Shown here: positions 1-9,762 of the stretch, in pieces | Layout of the letters: every line of letters begins with the position of its first letter | Numbering within the stretch: position 1 is the first letter of the stretch | Assembly (NCBI GenBank): GCA_965203415.1 | Contig: CBDBCS010000006.1 | Span: forward strand, 994,394 to 1,058,393 | Length of the DNA: 64,000 nucleotides | From: Alphaproteobacteria bacterium | GTDB lineage: Bacteria; Pseudomonadota; Alphaproteobacteria; CBDBCS01 | Direction: 5' to 3' | The notes under the pieces: generated by a model | The model's database searches: none | Told to the model about the DNA's origin: nothing | What the model saw: only the letters and a program-made list of their open reading frames with translations | Program-made: the position numbers and the translations under genes

Positions 1-503
1 CCCGCATCCGCATCTGCCTCCGATAAGGTATCGGACGCCAAGGCTCTGGCATCTGCGATCGCCTCGCAGAGATTGTAGATTTGTTTTCGAATAGTGGCTT
101 CCTTGATGGAACTAAAGGCCGAGGTCAGAGCCAGGGTTTCCGGACGCCGCTCGAGCGGGATAGGGTGCGCCTCTGCCTCTTCCCCTGCACTGTCGCGCAT
201 TTCGTTCGGGACCGTGTCTGCGTTTGCGGTCGAGCTGCCTAAAATCCCCTCGTAGAAATAAGAGGGGGGCACATTGAGAGCTCGGGTCAGGCGAAAAAAA
301 CGCGTCAAGCTCACTTTATTGCTGGCGGTCTCGTATTTATGGATTTGCTGGAGGCTGACGCCGATGCGCTCGCCCAATTCCCTCTGAGACAACCGCAGGG
401 CCATGCGTCTTTGTTTCAAAAGTTCCCCAACGTGGGCATCGATTTGGTCCGTGCCGAAAGGGCGCCCTTGGCTGCGGTTTTTTCGTTTTTTCACGGATGC
501 CAC
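1..503 (-). CDS. XRE (Cro/CI) family helix-turn-helix transcriptional regulator; the 3' end lies beyond the window edge
   Basis: Absent from the ORF track because it runs off the left edge. Reverse-strand reading from GTG (503-501), with GAGGAG about 9 nt upstream, gives ...GRPFGTDQIDAHVGELLKQRRMALRLSQRELGERIGVSLQQIHKYETASNKVSLTRFFRLTRALNVPPSYFYEG... This is a typical XRE HTH of the conserved alphaproteobacterial type. The frame stays open to position 1. Confidence 0.7.
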   Translation of the reverse strand, partial: MASVKKRKNRSQGRPFGTDQIDAHVGELLKQRRMALRLSQRELGERIGVSLQQIHKYETASNKVSLTRFFRLTRALNVPPSYFYEGILGSSTANADTVPNEMRDSAGEEAEAHPIPLERRPETLALTSAFSSIKEATIRKQIYNLCEAIADARALASDTLSEADADA

Positions 504-799
504 GGTTTTATTCTCCTCGGTTTCTCAAATGAGGGCCTCGTTTCGAAGCCATGCTTGCCCTGCTTGCTCTGCTTGCTCTGTCCAGCTTTGTCTCTATCCA
601 TCCAGCGTGCGTCCAGCGTGCGTGTCCATGCGTCCTTCCAATCTCTGAGCCTCTGGCAGAGGGGAGGGGGGCTGAAAGGCGGGCCTGGGCCCAACTCGAA
701 CGGAGTTCCCCTTGGGGCTCTCCTGCCACGCTTTCCCGCCCCAAGCCAGCGCGCTCAATCCGGGCCGGCACCTTCGAGCAGTTTGCGTCCCTGACCGAA

Positions 800-1150
800 T
801 TTTCGATCAAAAGAACCTCTCGAACACAGTTTTACGATGAGATATTTACCAAATCCTCGGAAAAAATTCAAGATTTGTGTCTTTTATTTGATTATAGAGT
901 GTATAAAAAGGCTTTTCTGTGCTTAAAAGTAGAGTTTCCGTTATAAGTTTGCTTTTTCTTATGCTTCTATTTAATAAAATAGAAAAAATAACCCTATATA
1001 CACTTTTATTTGTAATTTTAGGACAAGTCGTTCCTTTTTTTGTTCATGAAACGAAAATTTTGAATAAAAAAAGTTGAAAACTTGCGAAATAGTGAAATTA
1101 AATAGTGAAATTTGAGAAAAGGAGAAAGATAGAAAGATACAAAACGCCTG
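800..1150. other. AT-rich island within a GC-rich gene-free interval
   Basis: Composition switches abruptly to A/T-rich sequence. It contains a 13-bp direct repeat AAATAGTGAAATT x2 (about 1088-1113) and many GAAA motifs. No credible ORF. Confidence 0.6.
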
Positions 1151-1276
1151 CTCGGACTTTTCTAAGCTCTTCCTGTTCTCACCGTTTCTTGTTTCTCTGC
1201 GATGGTATGTGCCGCCTCGCCGCCCCGCCGCTCTGGAAGGCCTCCGGTGGGGCGGGCGGGGTATTCCTGGGTGTCC

Positions 1277-1324
1277 CCGGTGTGTGTTCCGGTGTGTGTC
1301 CCGGTGTGTGTTCCGGTGTGTCCG
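1277..1324. repeat. 12-bp tandem repeat CCGGTGTGTNNN x4
   Basis: Direct reading: ccggtgtgtgtt ccggtgtgtgtc ccggtgtgtgtt ccggtgtgtccg. The same motif and phasing recur at 57247-57294. Confidence 0.85.
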
Positions 1325-1556
1325 TGTCACTGTGGCGTCGCTGCGGGGCGTTCACGACACACAACAGGCTCTTAAGACAAGGCTGCGGCCCTTTCCTTCC
1401 TCCCGTCGTGAGATCCTAAACGAGGTGCTCTTTGTTTGTGTGCTCTGGGCGGGGAAAGGCCAGAGCCTTCTCTCTGCGAGAAAAAAAATCAACCGGCTCT
1501 CGCGAGAGCTTGTTGTGGCGGCTCCCGTGATGAGACAGGAAGCCTTCCTCCTTCGG

Positions 1557-1816
1557 CCAGCTATCGGGGCCAGCTATCGGGGCCAGCTATCGGGGCCAGC
1601 CATCGGGGCCAGTCATCGGGGCCAGCTATCGGGGCCAGCCATCGGGGCCAGCCATCGGGGCCAGCCATCGGGGCCAGCTATCGGGGCCAGCTATCGGGGC
1701 CAGCTATCGGGGCCAGCTATCGGGGCCAGCTATCGGGGCCAGCCATCGGGGCCAGCTATCGGGGCCAGCTATCGGGGCCAGCTATCGGGGCCAGCTATCG
1801 GGGCCAGCTATCGGGG
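1557..1816. repeat. 13-bp tandem repeat (CCAGCTATCGGGG) x20 with CTAT/CCAT/TCAT variants
   Basis: Counted directly: 20 head-to-tail units of 13 bp. Units 4, 7, 8, 9 and 15 carry CCAT and unit 5 carries TCAT. The period is not a multiple of 3, which explains why two ORF-track frames show the same 13-aa periodic peptide. Confidence 0.95.
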
Positions 1817-2208
1817 TAAGACCTGTGGGAGGAGAGCATCGCTTGGACGAGTCTGACAAGCGAGCTTTTTTCTTTTCCCCCTACCCCGTTTTATTTTTGT
1901 CTCATTTTATTTTGGCCCCAATTTATTTTTACATCGTGCGTACGTCGTGCGTATGCATCGTGCGCCCTATTTATTGATGTGCGGGCCGGGGTATCTCTAA
2001 AAAATCAAGACATCGTGGCGGTTCAGAGCAGTGCAAGCAACAAGCAGGACAGACTGGAATGCCCGAGTCTCCGCCCCCTACAAGGGCCCAAAGCCGCCGC
2101 TGTTCGCCCCGTATGAGACAAGGGTGAAGCCGCTGCCGGCCCTCTACAAAGCCCCCGCCCCGACGCAGGGGGGGGGCAAGGCGCCGCTGCTCTCGGGGGT
2201 GCTTGACC

Positions 2209-5200
2209 TTACCTCCCCGTGGTCAGAGCCGTTCCAGCCCCCGTCGCCCCCATGGGACCCCGGAGTTGTTTGTCAGGCTGGCGTGCGTCGCTGGCAAGCT
2301 GACCTCCGGCGGCAGGGCCGGTGGCAGAGCCCCGTCTGACGTAATAGAGGGCCAACATCGCCGGCGTCACAAACAAAGTCAGCAGGGTCGCAAAGCCCAG
2401 GCCGAAGAAAATAGCGGAGGACAAATGAACCCACCATTGGGTCGAGGGCCCTCCGATTTCGACGACTCGTCCCACAAGATTGACGTTGGCCTCAAAAACC
2501 AGAGCCATCAGCCCTAACATGGTGGTAACAGTCGTCAGAAGAACGGGGCGCATCCTCTGCAAGCCTGTCTGGAGAATGGCTTCATACGCCGTCGGGAGGA
2601 CGCGGCTCAAGTTATTGAAGGTGTCAATCAAAACGATATTATTATTCACGACAATCCCGGCTAGAGAGATCACGCCAATGCCGCTCATCACGATACCGAA
2701 GGGCTTATCAATAATCATCAGCCCTAGAAAGACGCCAATCGTGGATAAAATAACCGCCGAGAGGATCAAAAACATCTGATAAAAGCTGTTGAACTGCGTC
2801 AATAAAATGGCCCCCATCATGAAAATCGCGATCCCGAACGCCTGGACCAAAAATTGTTGAGCTTCCGCTCGGTCCTCGTCCTGTCCCCGAAAGCGGAGCG
2901 AAATGCCAGGTGGCAGGTCCCCAGGCTGGATATTTTGCTTCACCTCCTCGATCACGGCGGCCTCATTGAGGCCCTCCACGACTTCTGCTTTGAGAGAAAT
3001 GATGCGTCTTTCGTCCACCCGCTGAATTTGCCCGATTTTCTGGACAGGCTGTCGAGAAACAAAGTGACTGACGGGAATTTCGGCGCGTCCATTATTGACT
3101 CGAATCTCGTCGAGCGTCTCAAAAACGCGCTCTTCGAGGGGCAGGCGGAGATTGATATCAATCTCGTCATCGCTGTCGTCGGGGCGGTAATCGGTGAGCG
3201 TGACCCCGCCTGTCACGAACCGGACATAACTGCCAAGCGTGGCAAGGTCTACGTCGAATTTCAAGGCCTCCTGTCGGTCGAACGTAATTTCCCACTCGAT
3301 GCCTGGGACGGCTCTGGAGTCCTCCAGGTCGGTGAGGATGGGAAAGGCTTCGAGGCGGCGGCGGACTTCGCCGGCGGTGGCAATCAGCAGGTCCAGATTG
3401 GTCCCTGAGAGCTCAATCTGAACGGGCTTGCCCCCGGCTGGGCCCGCTTCTTCTTCTCGAACTTCGACCACGATGCCGGGCAGATTCCGGGTTTTTTCCT
3501 GGATCTTGGCGAGGATACGGTCCGCCGGGGGGCGCTGTTTCCAGTCGGCGAACTCGATCAAAATGCGCCCGATAAGGTCCTCGGTCGCGTCCTGCGCGCC
3601 CGTGTTGCCTGTAGAGCTATAGACGGTTGAGATCTCCTTCGTTTCTAGAGCGGCCTCGATCAAAATGGTTTCGACCTCCTTCACAAAGTTGTCGCGTTCA
3701 TAGATCGAATAATTGCCCTGGGCGAAAACGAGAATTTCGGCAGTTTCCGGCTCGATATTGGGGAAAAACTCGACACCTCTGCCGTATTTTCCGTTCAGCA
3801 TAAAAACCCCGACCAGCAAGCCAACAGAAAAGACCAACACGCCCGAGGCATTCAACTTGGAGCGCGTGCAGAAACGCAACATCGCCAGATAGATTTTATA
3901 AAACCGACTGAGTTGGTGATAATTGACCATGATAAATTCATTCACGGGCTCCCCGTTCTCTTGAGACGCCGGGGGATTGGTCACAGGGCTCGAGAAAAAC
4001 GGGATGACATATTTCTGAGCTAGAATGAAAAAGAAAATGCCCGTCAGAAAGGTCGCCACGCCCCACAAAAACGGATTGGAGAGCGCGAAAAAATTGACAA
4101 AACCCGCCAGAATACAGGAAACCAGAAAGGAAAGAACAAAGGGGTAAGCCCCGATAATGGGCACGAAAAAAAGAGCCATCGCCAGCGAACACCCCAGGAC
4201 AATGATGAGCGTTATCGGTAAATAGCTCATGAATTCGCCAACCAACCCCGGCCAGAAAAGCAGCGGGGCAAAGGCCACCAAGGTCGTGGCGGTCGAAGCG
4301 ATAATCGGCCAGGCCATCCGCCGCGCGGCATTGGCGAAGGCTTGAACGCGCGGGCGGCCTGCGGCCATTTCGCGTTCGGCGTACTCTATCACAACGATTG
4401 TCCCGTCCACCAGCAAGCCGACGGACATAATCAGCCCGAACAAAACGACGATATTGAGACTGATTCCACCGGTATAGAGAATCATGAGAGCCGTAAAAAA
4501 GGAGCCCGGAATCGACAGCCCCACCAGCAAGCCGGCTCGCACGCCCAAGGCTCCCAAGATCACGATGAGCACCAGGACGATGGATGTGGCGATATTGTTC
4601 TGCAGGTCATTGACACGGTCGCGGATCACAGACGATTGGTCCTGCGTATAGGTCACCGTCACGCCGTCTTGATAATTTTCCTGGATGGCGTCTGTGACGG
4701 CTCGGGCGGCCTCGACGGTGTCTATGATATTTTCACCGGTTTTTTTCGTAACTTCAATCGCCAGGGCGTTTCGGCCGTTGAGGCGGGCGATGCTGGAGGG
4801 GTCCTCGAAGGTTCTCCGGATTTCGGCGATGTCGCTCACGAGCACCACGGCGTCTCCCTGGGCCTTAATCGGCAGATTATACAAATCTTCCAGATTCTCG
4901 ATGAGGCCTGGGACCTTGACGTCAAAGGAACCCTGCGCCTGTTCGATCCGTCCTGCGGCGACCAATAGATTAGACCGTCGCACGAGATTCAAAACCTGGT
5001 TGAGCGAGAGACCATAGCTTTCCACTTTGGCGCGGTCTAAAACAAGTTCCACGACTTCGTTGCGTTCGCCGACGATCTCGACGTCCAGCACGGTGGGGAC
5101 GCCTTCGATGGCGGTTTGGATTTCCTTCGTCCGGCGCAGAAGATGCCGCTCGGAAACATCCCCCGCCACGTGCACGACGAGGACAGGAAATTGGGAGAAA

Positions 5201-5595
5201 TTGACTTCATTTACCGTCGGGTCATCGGCGTCATCCGGGAGGTCCGCTTTGGCCGTCTCGACTTCATTGCGGACGTCTTCCAAAGCTTTATCTATGTCCG
5301 AGCCCGCCGGAAATTCTAGAAGGACATAGCCGCCGCCTCGATAGGCCTGGCTGGTCATTTCATCGAATCCCTCGACATTGCGTAAGTTGGTCTCCATCGG
5401 CCGGACGAGCAGGCGTTCGGAATCTTCTGGCGAAATCCCGTCCAGATGCAACGAAACATAGACAATGGGGACGCTGATGTCCGGCGCAAATTCCTTGGGG
5501 ACCTGGATATAGGAGATCACGCCCGCCAGAATAAACATGAAAAAGGTCACGATGCATGTCCGGCTGTGCCGCATGCCCCAACTAATGATTTCCAT
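2209..5595 (-). CDS. RND efflux transporter permease subunit (AcrB/HAE1-like)
   Basis: 1128-aa ORF with the usual RND layout: an N-terminal TM helix, large periplasmic loops and two TM bundles (e.g. GLSIPGSFFTALMILY, IVVLFGLIMSVGLLVDGTIVVIE, GIGVISLAGIVVNNNIVLID). It lies directly downstream of an adaptor gene. Confidence 0.92.
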   Translation of the reverse strand: MEIISWGMRHSRTCIVTFFMFILAGVISYIQVPKEFAPDISVPIVYVSLHLDGISPEDSERLLVRPMETNLRNVEGFDEMTSQAYRGGGYVLLEFPAGSDIDKALEDVRNEVETAKADLPDDADDPTVNEVNFSQFPVLVVHVAGDVSERHLLRRTKEIQTAIEGVPTVLDVEIVGERNEVVELVLDRAKVESYGLSLNQVLNLVRRSNLLVAAGRIEQAQGSFDVKVPGLIENLEDLYNLPIKAQGDAVVLVSDIAEIRRTFEDPSSIARLNGRNALAIEVTKKTGENIIDTVEAARAVTDAIQENYQDGVTVTYTQDQSSVIRDRVNDLQNNIATSIVLVLIVILGALGVRAGLLVGLSIPGSFFTALMILYTGGISLNIVVLFGLIMSVGLLVDGTIVVIEYAEREMAAGRPRVQAFANAARRMAWPIIASTATTLVAFAPLLFWPGLVGEFMSYLPITLIIVLGCSLAMALFFVPIIGAYPFVLSFLVSCILAGFVNFFALSNPFLWGVATFLTGIFFFILAQKYVIPFFSSPVTNPPASQENGEPVNEFIMVNYHQLSRFYKIYLAMLRFCTRSKLNASGVLVFSVGLLVGVFMLNGKYGRGVEFFPNIEPETAEILVFAQGNYSIYERDNFVKEVETILIEAALETKEISTVYSSTGNTGAQDATEDLIGRILIEFADWKQRPPADRILAKIQEKTRNLPGIVVEVREEEAGPAGGKPVQIELSGTNLDLLIATAGEVRRRLEAFPILTDLEDSRAVPGIEWEITFDRQEALKFDVDLATLGSYVRFVTGGVTLTDYRPDDSDDEIDINLRLPLEERVFETLDEIRVNNGRAEIPVSHFVSRQPVQKIGQIQRVDERRIISLKAEVVEGLNEAAVIEEVKQNIQPGDLPPGISLRFRGQDEDRAEAQQFLVQAFGIAIFMMGAILLTQFNSFYQMFLILSAVILSTIGVFLGLMIIDKPFGIVMSGIGVISLAGIVVNNNIVLIDTFNNLSRVLPTAYEAILQTGLQRMRPVLLTTVTTMLGLMALVFEANVNLVGRVVEIGGPSTQWWVHLSSAIFFGLGFATLLTLFVTPAMLALYYVRRGSATGPAAGGQLASDARQPDKQLRGPMGATGAGTALTTGR

Positions 5596-5699
5596 TTTTT
5601 TCCCTTTCTATGAATTCCGTGAATTCATTCGTAACACCCGTGTTAGGGGCTCCTCATGGGTTCAGCCAAGCCCTTTCTGGGTTTGTTTGGAGGCTCGTT

Positions 5700-7031
5700 T
5701 CATCCGCCTTGGTCTGTCGAGTCCGCCACGACTTCCACTTTTTGTCCCTGGGATACGAATTCCTGTCCGACCGAGATAATGGTGGCCTGGTCGGGCAGGC
5801 CCGTGACCCAGACGCCTTCGAGCGTTTGCTCCACGAGCTGGACGGTCACAAAATGGACAGCGTCCTGGTCATCCACAATTTTGACACCGATTTCGCCGGT
5901 GTCGCTCAGCGTCAGCAGCGAGGGCGGCACAAAATGACCTCGCACCGTGCGGAGCGGTAAAAACAGCACTGCGGTCTGTCCCTCGCGCAGTTTGAGGTCG
6001 GCATTGGGGACCTCGATCTCGACCTCGAAGGTCCGCGTCTCTGGGTCGGCGGCTGGGGCGATAAAGTGGACGCGTCCCTCGAAGGGTTCGCCATCGAACA
6101 TCTCGCCTTCGACGGTGTCATCGATCTGGACGCTGGCGACGGCCTCTTCTGTGAGATTGACCGAGAGCAGAAGCGGGTCCAGAGAGATGAAACGGGCAAT
6201 CTCGCTGCCGACATTCAAAAATTCGCCTGGCTGGACGGGCTCGCTTTCGACGATGCCCTCTCGGGGGGCCTGCACGAGGGTGTAGCTTATATCGCGCTCG
6301 ATCTGCTCCAGCGTTCTTTGAGCGGTTGCCAGATTGGTTTCGGCCTGCTCTATCCCGGCCACGGGCGCGGCTTGGCGAGCGGCCAGTGTTCTCGCCCGTC
6401 CCAGTTCTTTCTGGCGTTGTTGGATTAAGACTTCGGCCTCGGTGCGTTGGGCCTCGCGTGTGCCCGGATGGATTTGAATAATACGCTGGCCGGCCGCCAC
6501 CCGGTCGCCTTTTTCGACGAAGAGCTGCTGCACGGCACCCGCGGTTTCGGCCCGAAGCGTGAGACGCTGATTGGCTTTACTGACGGCGGAACGTCTCAGA
6601 ATGATCTGGTGTTCGACGGCCTGGCGTTCTAGAACGCGCACGGACGGCAATTGCGACGCCTGGCTTTGGAGCTCCCCGAGGTCGGTCTGTGCGACCGAGG
6701 GCTCTTGGAAGACAAAGTTGCCGCCGATGATCCACCAAGCCAGAAGGATGGTGAAGCCGCCCGCAATCCAGTAAGCGGCGGTTTTGGAGCTTTTGCGCGC
6801 CGGTGTCGGCGGTTCGGGTGGGGGCGTGTCCTGGCGAAAGGTACTCGGCAGAGCCTCACCGGCCGGTTGGGGCATGGCGTGAGCCACGTCCGAGGACGTC
6901 GGTGCCTCCTTCGCAGACGTTCTCTCGTGGTCGGGCGAAGCGTCGGCGGCCTTATCGGGGCCTTTCTCGGCGTCCTTATCTCTGGAGGCTTTCGGGTTTT
7001 TAGAATTTTTGAGAGCCATTTTTTTCTCCAT
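5700..7031 (-). CDS. Efflux RND periplasmic adaptor (membrane fusion protein, HlyD/AcrA family)
   Basis: 443-aa ORF with a low-complexity N-terminus, one TM helix (AAYWIAGGFTILLAWWII), a lipoyl/coiled-coil hairpin region and a beta-barrel C-terminus (FIAPAADPETRTFEVEIEVPN). It sits immediately upstream of the RND pump. Confidence 0.85.
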   Translation of the reverse strand: MEKKMALKNSKNPKASRDKDAEKGPDKAADASPDHERTSAKEAPTSSDVAHAMPQPAGEALPSTFRQDTPPPEPPTPARKSSKTAAYWIAGGFTILLAWWIIGGNFVFQEPSVAQTDLGELQSQASQLPSVRVLERQAVEHQIILRRSAVSKANQRLTLRAETAGAVQQLFVEKGDRVAAGQRIIQIHPGTREAQRTEAEVLIQQRQKELGRARTLAARQAAPVAGIEQAETNLATAQRTLEQIERDISYTLVQAPREGIVESEPVQPGEFLNVGSEIARFISLDPLLLSVNLTEEAVASVQIDDTVEGEMFDGEPFEGRVHFIAPAADPETRTFEVEIEVPNADLKLREGQTAVLFLPLRTVRGHFVPPSLLTLSDTGEIGVKIVDDQDAVHFVTVQLVEQTLEGVWVTGLPDQATIISVGQEFVSQGQKVEVVADSTDQGG

Positions 7032-7192
7032 ATTTCCTTCCCAAGGTCAAAATAGGACTGTCTGATCGGTTAAAAGAGCAAGTCCAAATCCAAAAAAATC
7101 TACCAAGTGTCAACGGGGTCGTCACGGGGCAACGGGGGCCGAAGCTAGGGGCACAAAACCAAAGGGTTATCAAGCGTTTGAGCTGAAGAGCA

Positions 7193-7750
7193 TTACTGAA
7201 AAAGGGCGTCGATTTCCGCCTGCGTAATCTCGGCAGAGTCCCTTCCCCGGGTCGAATCGTCTTTTTCGAAAGCCCCGCCCCGGGCGAGTCGGCTGGTCAT
7301 CTGCGTGACCTGGTCTTTGCCGACGATCTCGACGATGCGCTGAACGGCCCCTTTGAGATAATCTAGCGAGGTAATAATCCGGTTGAGGCGTTGTCCGGTG
7401 ACGTCCTGAAACGTACAGGCTTCCAGCCCTTTGATGGCGAGGCGCTGAATTGTTTCGACCTCGGGGGGGGCGTCGGAGCGGGTTCGAATTTTGACAGCGT
7501 TCTCGGAAATAGACTCGAGGGCGGATATAATGGCGTGGGTAGCGTCCTCTGTGGCCTTGGTGACGGAGTCTAGCAACCCTGACAGGTCGCCGACCAGTTC
7601 CATGTTGCCCTGTCTGAGATGAAGCAGGGCGACCTCCCGCACGAGGCGGTCAAAATAGGCCCCCATGGCCGCGACCTCTTTGACGAGGCTCTCGCTGGGG
7701 CCGGTTTCCGGGGACTGAGGCGTGGCCCCGTCCTCAAGCATTGCGTTCAT
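7193..7750 (-). CDS. cheZ: CheZ-like CheY-P phosphatase
   Basis: 185-aa ORF carrying FQDVTGQRLNRI, which matches the CheZ catalytic QD-x-TGQ motif. It ends in an acidic amphipathic tail, AEITQAEIDALFQ, resembling the CheY-binding C-terminal peptide. Confidence 0.65.
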   Translation of the reverse strand: MNAMLEDGATPQSPETGPSESLVKEVAAMGAYFDRLVREVALLHLRQGNMELVGDLSGLLDSVTKATEDATHAIISALESISENAVKIRTRSDAPPEVETIQRLAIKGLEACTFQDVTGQRLNRIITSLDYLKGAVQRIVEIVGKDQVTQMTSRLARGGAFEKDDSTRGRDSAEITQAEIDALFQ

Positions 7751-8154
7751 CGTGTCTTCTTTCCTAGAACCCTTGGGGGGTCTTGTGTTTCTAGGGGGGG
7801 CGGTCGACGCCTCTCATCTTCCTCCGAGTCCTCTCCCCAGAACCTGCGGCCATTCTAAAGAGAAAATTGCAAAAAACAAGCCCGTTCAAAAGCATTTACG
7901 ATGATTTTTCACGAAGGAAGGCGTGTGGGCCTGCTAGGGGGGCGGTAGGGGCCGGTAGGGCTGGTAGGTGTCCGGACGGATATACCGGTACATGGCACGC
8001 TCGGGCTGTTTTTTTCGGAGAGCTCTTGACGTTTTCCCCCGCACCCTGTAGGTAACCAGGTGGTGGTCGGCCCGCACGGGTCAGGTCAGGTCGGACGGAT
8101 GGGGCTTTAGGGGCTCTTTAATTTCCAGGTGTTTCCAAAGATGTTTCCAAAAAA

Positions 8155-8769
8155 ATGAGTAAAAGGCTGCATTCGAAGTATAAAATAGACAGGCGCCTCG
8201 GCGTCAATCTGTGGGGGCGCCCCAAATCGCCCATTAATCGCCGCGAGACGGGCCCCGGCCAGCACGGGGCGCGCCGCAAAAAGCCCACGGCGTTCGGCAT
8301 CCAGCTGATGGCGAAGCAGAAACTGAAGGGCTATTACGGCAATATCCGAGAACGCCGCTTCCGTCGTTACTATCGGGATGCCGCTCGGGGCGCGCGCGAC
8401 ACGGGGCAGGCTCTTTTGGGAGCCCTGGAGTCGCGTTTGGATGTCGTGGTGTATCGGGCTAAATTTGCCCCGACGGTGTTTGCGGCTCGTCAGCTTGTTT
8501 CTCATGGGCATATTCGGGTCAATGGGTCGCGTGTTACGATTGCCTCTTACGGTCTCGGCGTGCTCGACGTCGTTCAACTGTCCCCCGCCATGGTTGAAAA
8601 TGCCCTTGTCTTAGAGGCAGGCGAGTCGGATGAACGCTCGATTCCGTCTTATCTGGACGTGGACCCTAAACGCATGAGTGCCACCTTGCTCCGGGTGCCG
8701 TCGCAAGACGAGATCCCGTATCCGGTCCAGATGGAACCTCTGTTGGTGATTGAGTACTACTCACGCTGA
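8155..8769 (+). CDS. rpsD: 30S ribosomal protein S4
   Basis: 204 aa: [26 protein letters not shown]...[34 protein letters not shown]... Contains the S4 N-terminal and S4 RNA-binding domains. Confidence 0.97.
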   Translation: MSKRLHSKYKIDRRLGVNLWGRPKSPINRRETGPGQHGARRKKPTAFGIQLMAKQKLKGYYGNIRERRFRRYYRDAARGARDTGQALLGALESRLDVVVYRAKFAPTVFAARQLVSHGHIRVNGSRVTIASYGLGVLDVVQLSPAMVENALVLEAGESDERSIPSYLDVDPKRMSATLLRVPSQDEIPYPVQMEPLLVIEYYSR

Positions 8770-9589
8770 TCTCTGGCGCGTGGTGCGCCCCCGCCTTCTG
8801 CCCCGTATTCTGCCCCGCTTTTTTCGTCGCTTCGGCCGAGCAGAGAAACAGCCGCCGCGGTGCTATGTTTTCGGGGCAGGCGGCCACGCCCGGGTTGTCC
8901 GAGACTTTTTGACCGCCCCAGGCGAGCCTCGCCGTGAGCTTGTCTCGGTTGTCCCGGATTCTGACATAGCTTCTGACCTGTCTGACACGGAAGAGGCCTC
9001 CGATCCCCCGGGTGCCCCCCCGGGACCGCCGGGGACGGCGATACGCCTCTGCGAATCGGCGTTTTTGGATTGTGTCCGTCCAGGGGAGGCCCTTTATCTC
9101 GCCATCGGTTCCAACGTTCTCCGGGCTCGTTTGGCGGAGCGTCTGGCGGAGCGTCTGGCGTTATCGCCGGTCTATCCGGCTTTGATTCACCCTTCGGCCC
9201 GTGTTTCGCCCTCGGCCCGTCTGGGCCGAGGGTGTCAAGTTTTGGCTGGAGCGGTCGTCAACGCCGGGGCCGTTTTAGGCGATTTCACCATCGTCAACAC
9301 GAATGCCGTCTGCGAGCACGACACACAAACAGGGTTCTGTGCTTTTCTGGGCCCAGGAGCCGTGCTCTGCGGGGCGGCGACCCTGGAGACAGGGTGCTTT
9401 TTAGGAGCCGCCTCTGTCGTTTTGCCCGGCCGCCGCCTGAAAGCCTGGAGTGTCCTGGGGGCAGGAAGCGTTCTGACCCGGGATGGTCTGCAGACCGGGG
9501 TCTATCGAGGCGTGCCCGCTCGCTGGCATCAAACGGGGAAGCTAGCGGAGGGCCGCGTGCCCCCGGTAAGACCTAAGGGCGAGACCTGA
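8750..9589 (+). CDS. Sugar O-acyltransferase, NeuD/PglD-like hexapeptide-repeat family (start uncertain)
   Basis: N-terminal Rossmann-like motif [13 protein letters not shown]-terminal left-handed beta-helix repeats ([46 protein letters not shown]...). The listed start overlaps the rpsD end, so the true start may be an internal alternative codon. Confidence 0.75.
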   Translation: MSTTHADLWRVVRPRLLPRILPRFFRRFGRAEKQPPRCYVFGAGGHARVVRDFLTAPGEPRRELVSVVPDSDIASDLSDTEEASDPPGAPPGPPGTAIRLCESAFLDCVRPGEALYLAIGSNVLRARLAERLAERLALSPVYPALIHPSARVSPSARLGRGCQVLAGAVVNAGAVLGDFTIVNTNAVCEHDTQTGFCAFLGPGAVLCGAATLETGCFLGAASVVLPGRRLKAWSVLGAGSVLTRDGLQTGVYRGVPARWHQTGKLAEGRVPPVRPKGET

Positions 9590-9762
9590 TGGCGGGCCCT
9601 GATTCGGGGCTTGATTTTTTTTCCTTTTAAGCCTAGAGTCCGTGCTTGGATTCTGTGCCGGGATAATTACCCGGATGAGTGCCCCTCGGGTCTGATGAGA
9701 GTCCGGTCCAACCAGATGAACCAGAAGAAAGCCCAGAGAGAACCCACAAGAGAACACGCCTT

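Noticed and set aside
800-1150. AT-rich island as the chromosomal replication origin
   Set aside because: I could not find DnaA-box-like 9-mers or CtrA TTAA-N7-TTAA sites by eye, and there are no dnaA, hemE or parAB neighbours. It is kept only as a compositional anomaly to be tested with GC skew.
1209-1856. 215-aa ORF (and the overlapping 1436-1819 ORF) encoding a periodic AIGASYRGQLSGP repeat protein
   Set aside because: The periodicity is a by-product of the 13-bp DNA repeat being read through three units. The same peptide appears in two frames, and there is no RBS or coding-like flank. Treated as non-coding VNTR.
8078-8100. GGGTCAGGTCAGGTCGGACGGA upstream of rpsD, which resembles the SRP (4.5S) RNA GGUCAGGUCCGGAAGGAAGCAGCC core
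   Set aside because: The conserved GGAAGCAGCC half is missing and no closing helix is evident. It is probably just part of the cheZ-rpsD divergent spacer.
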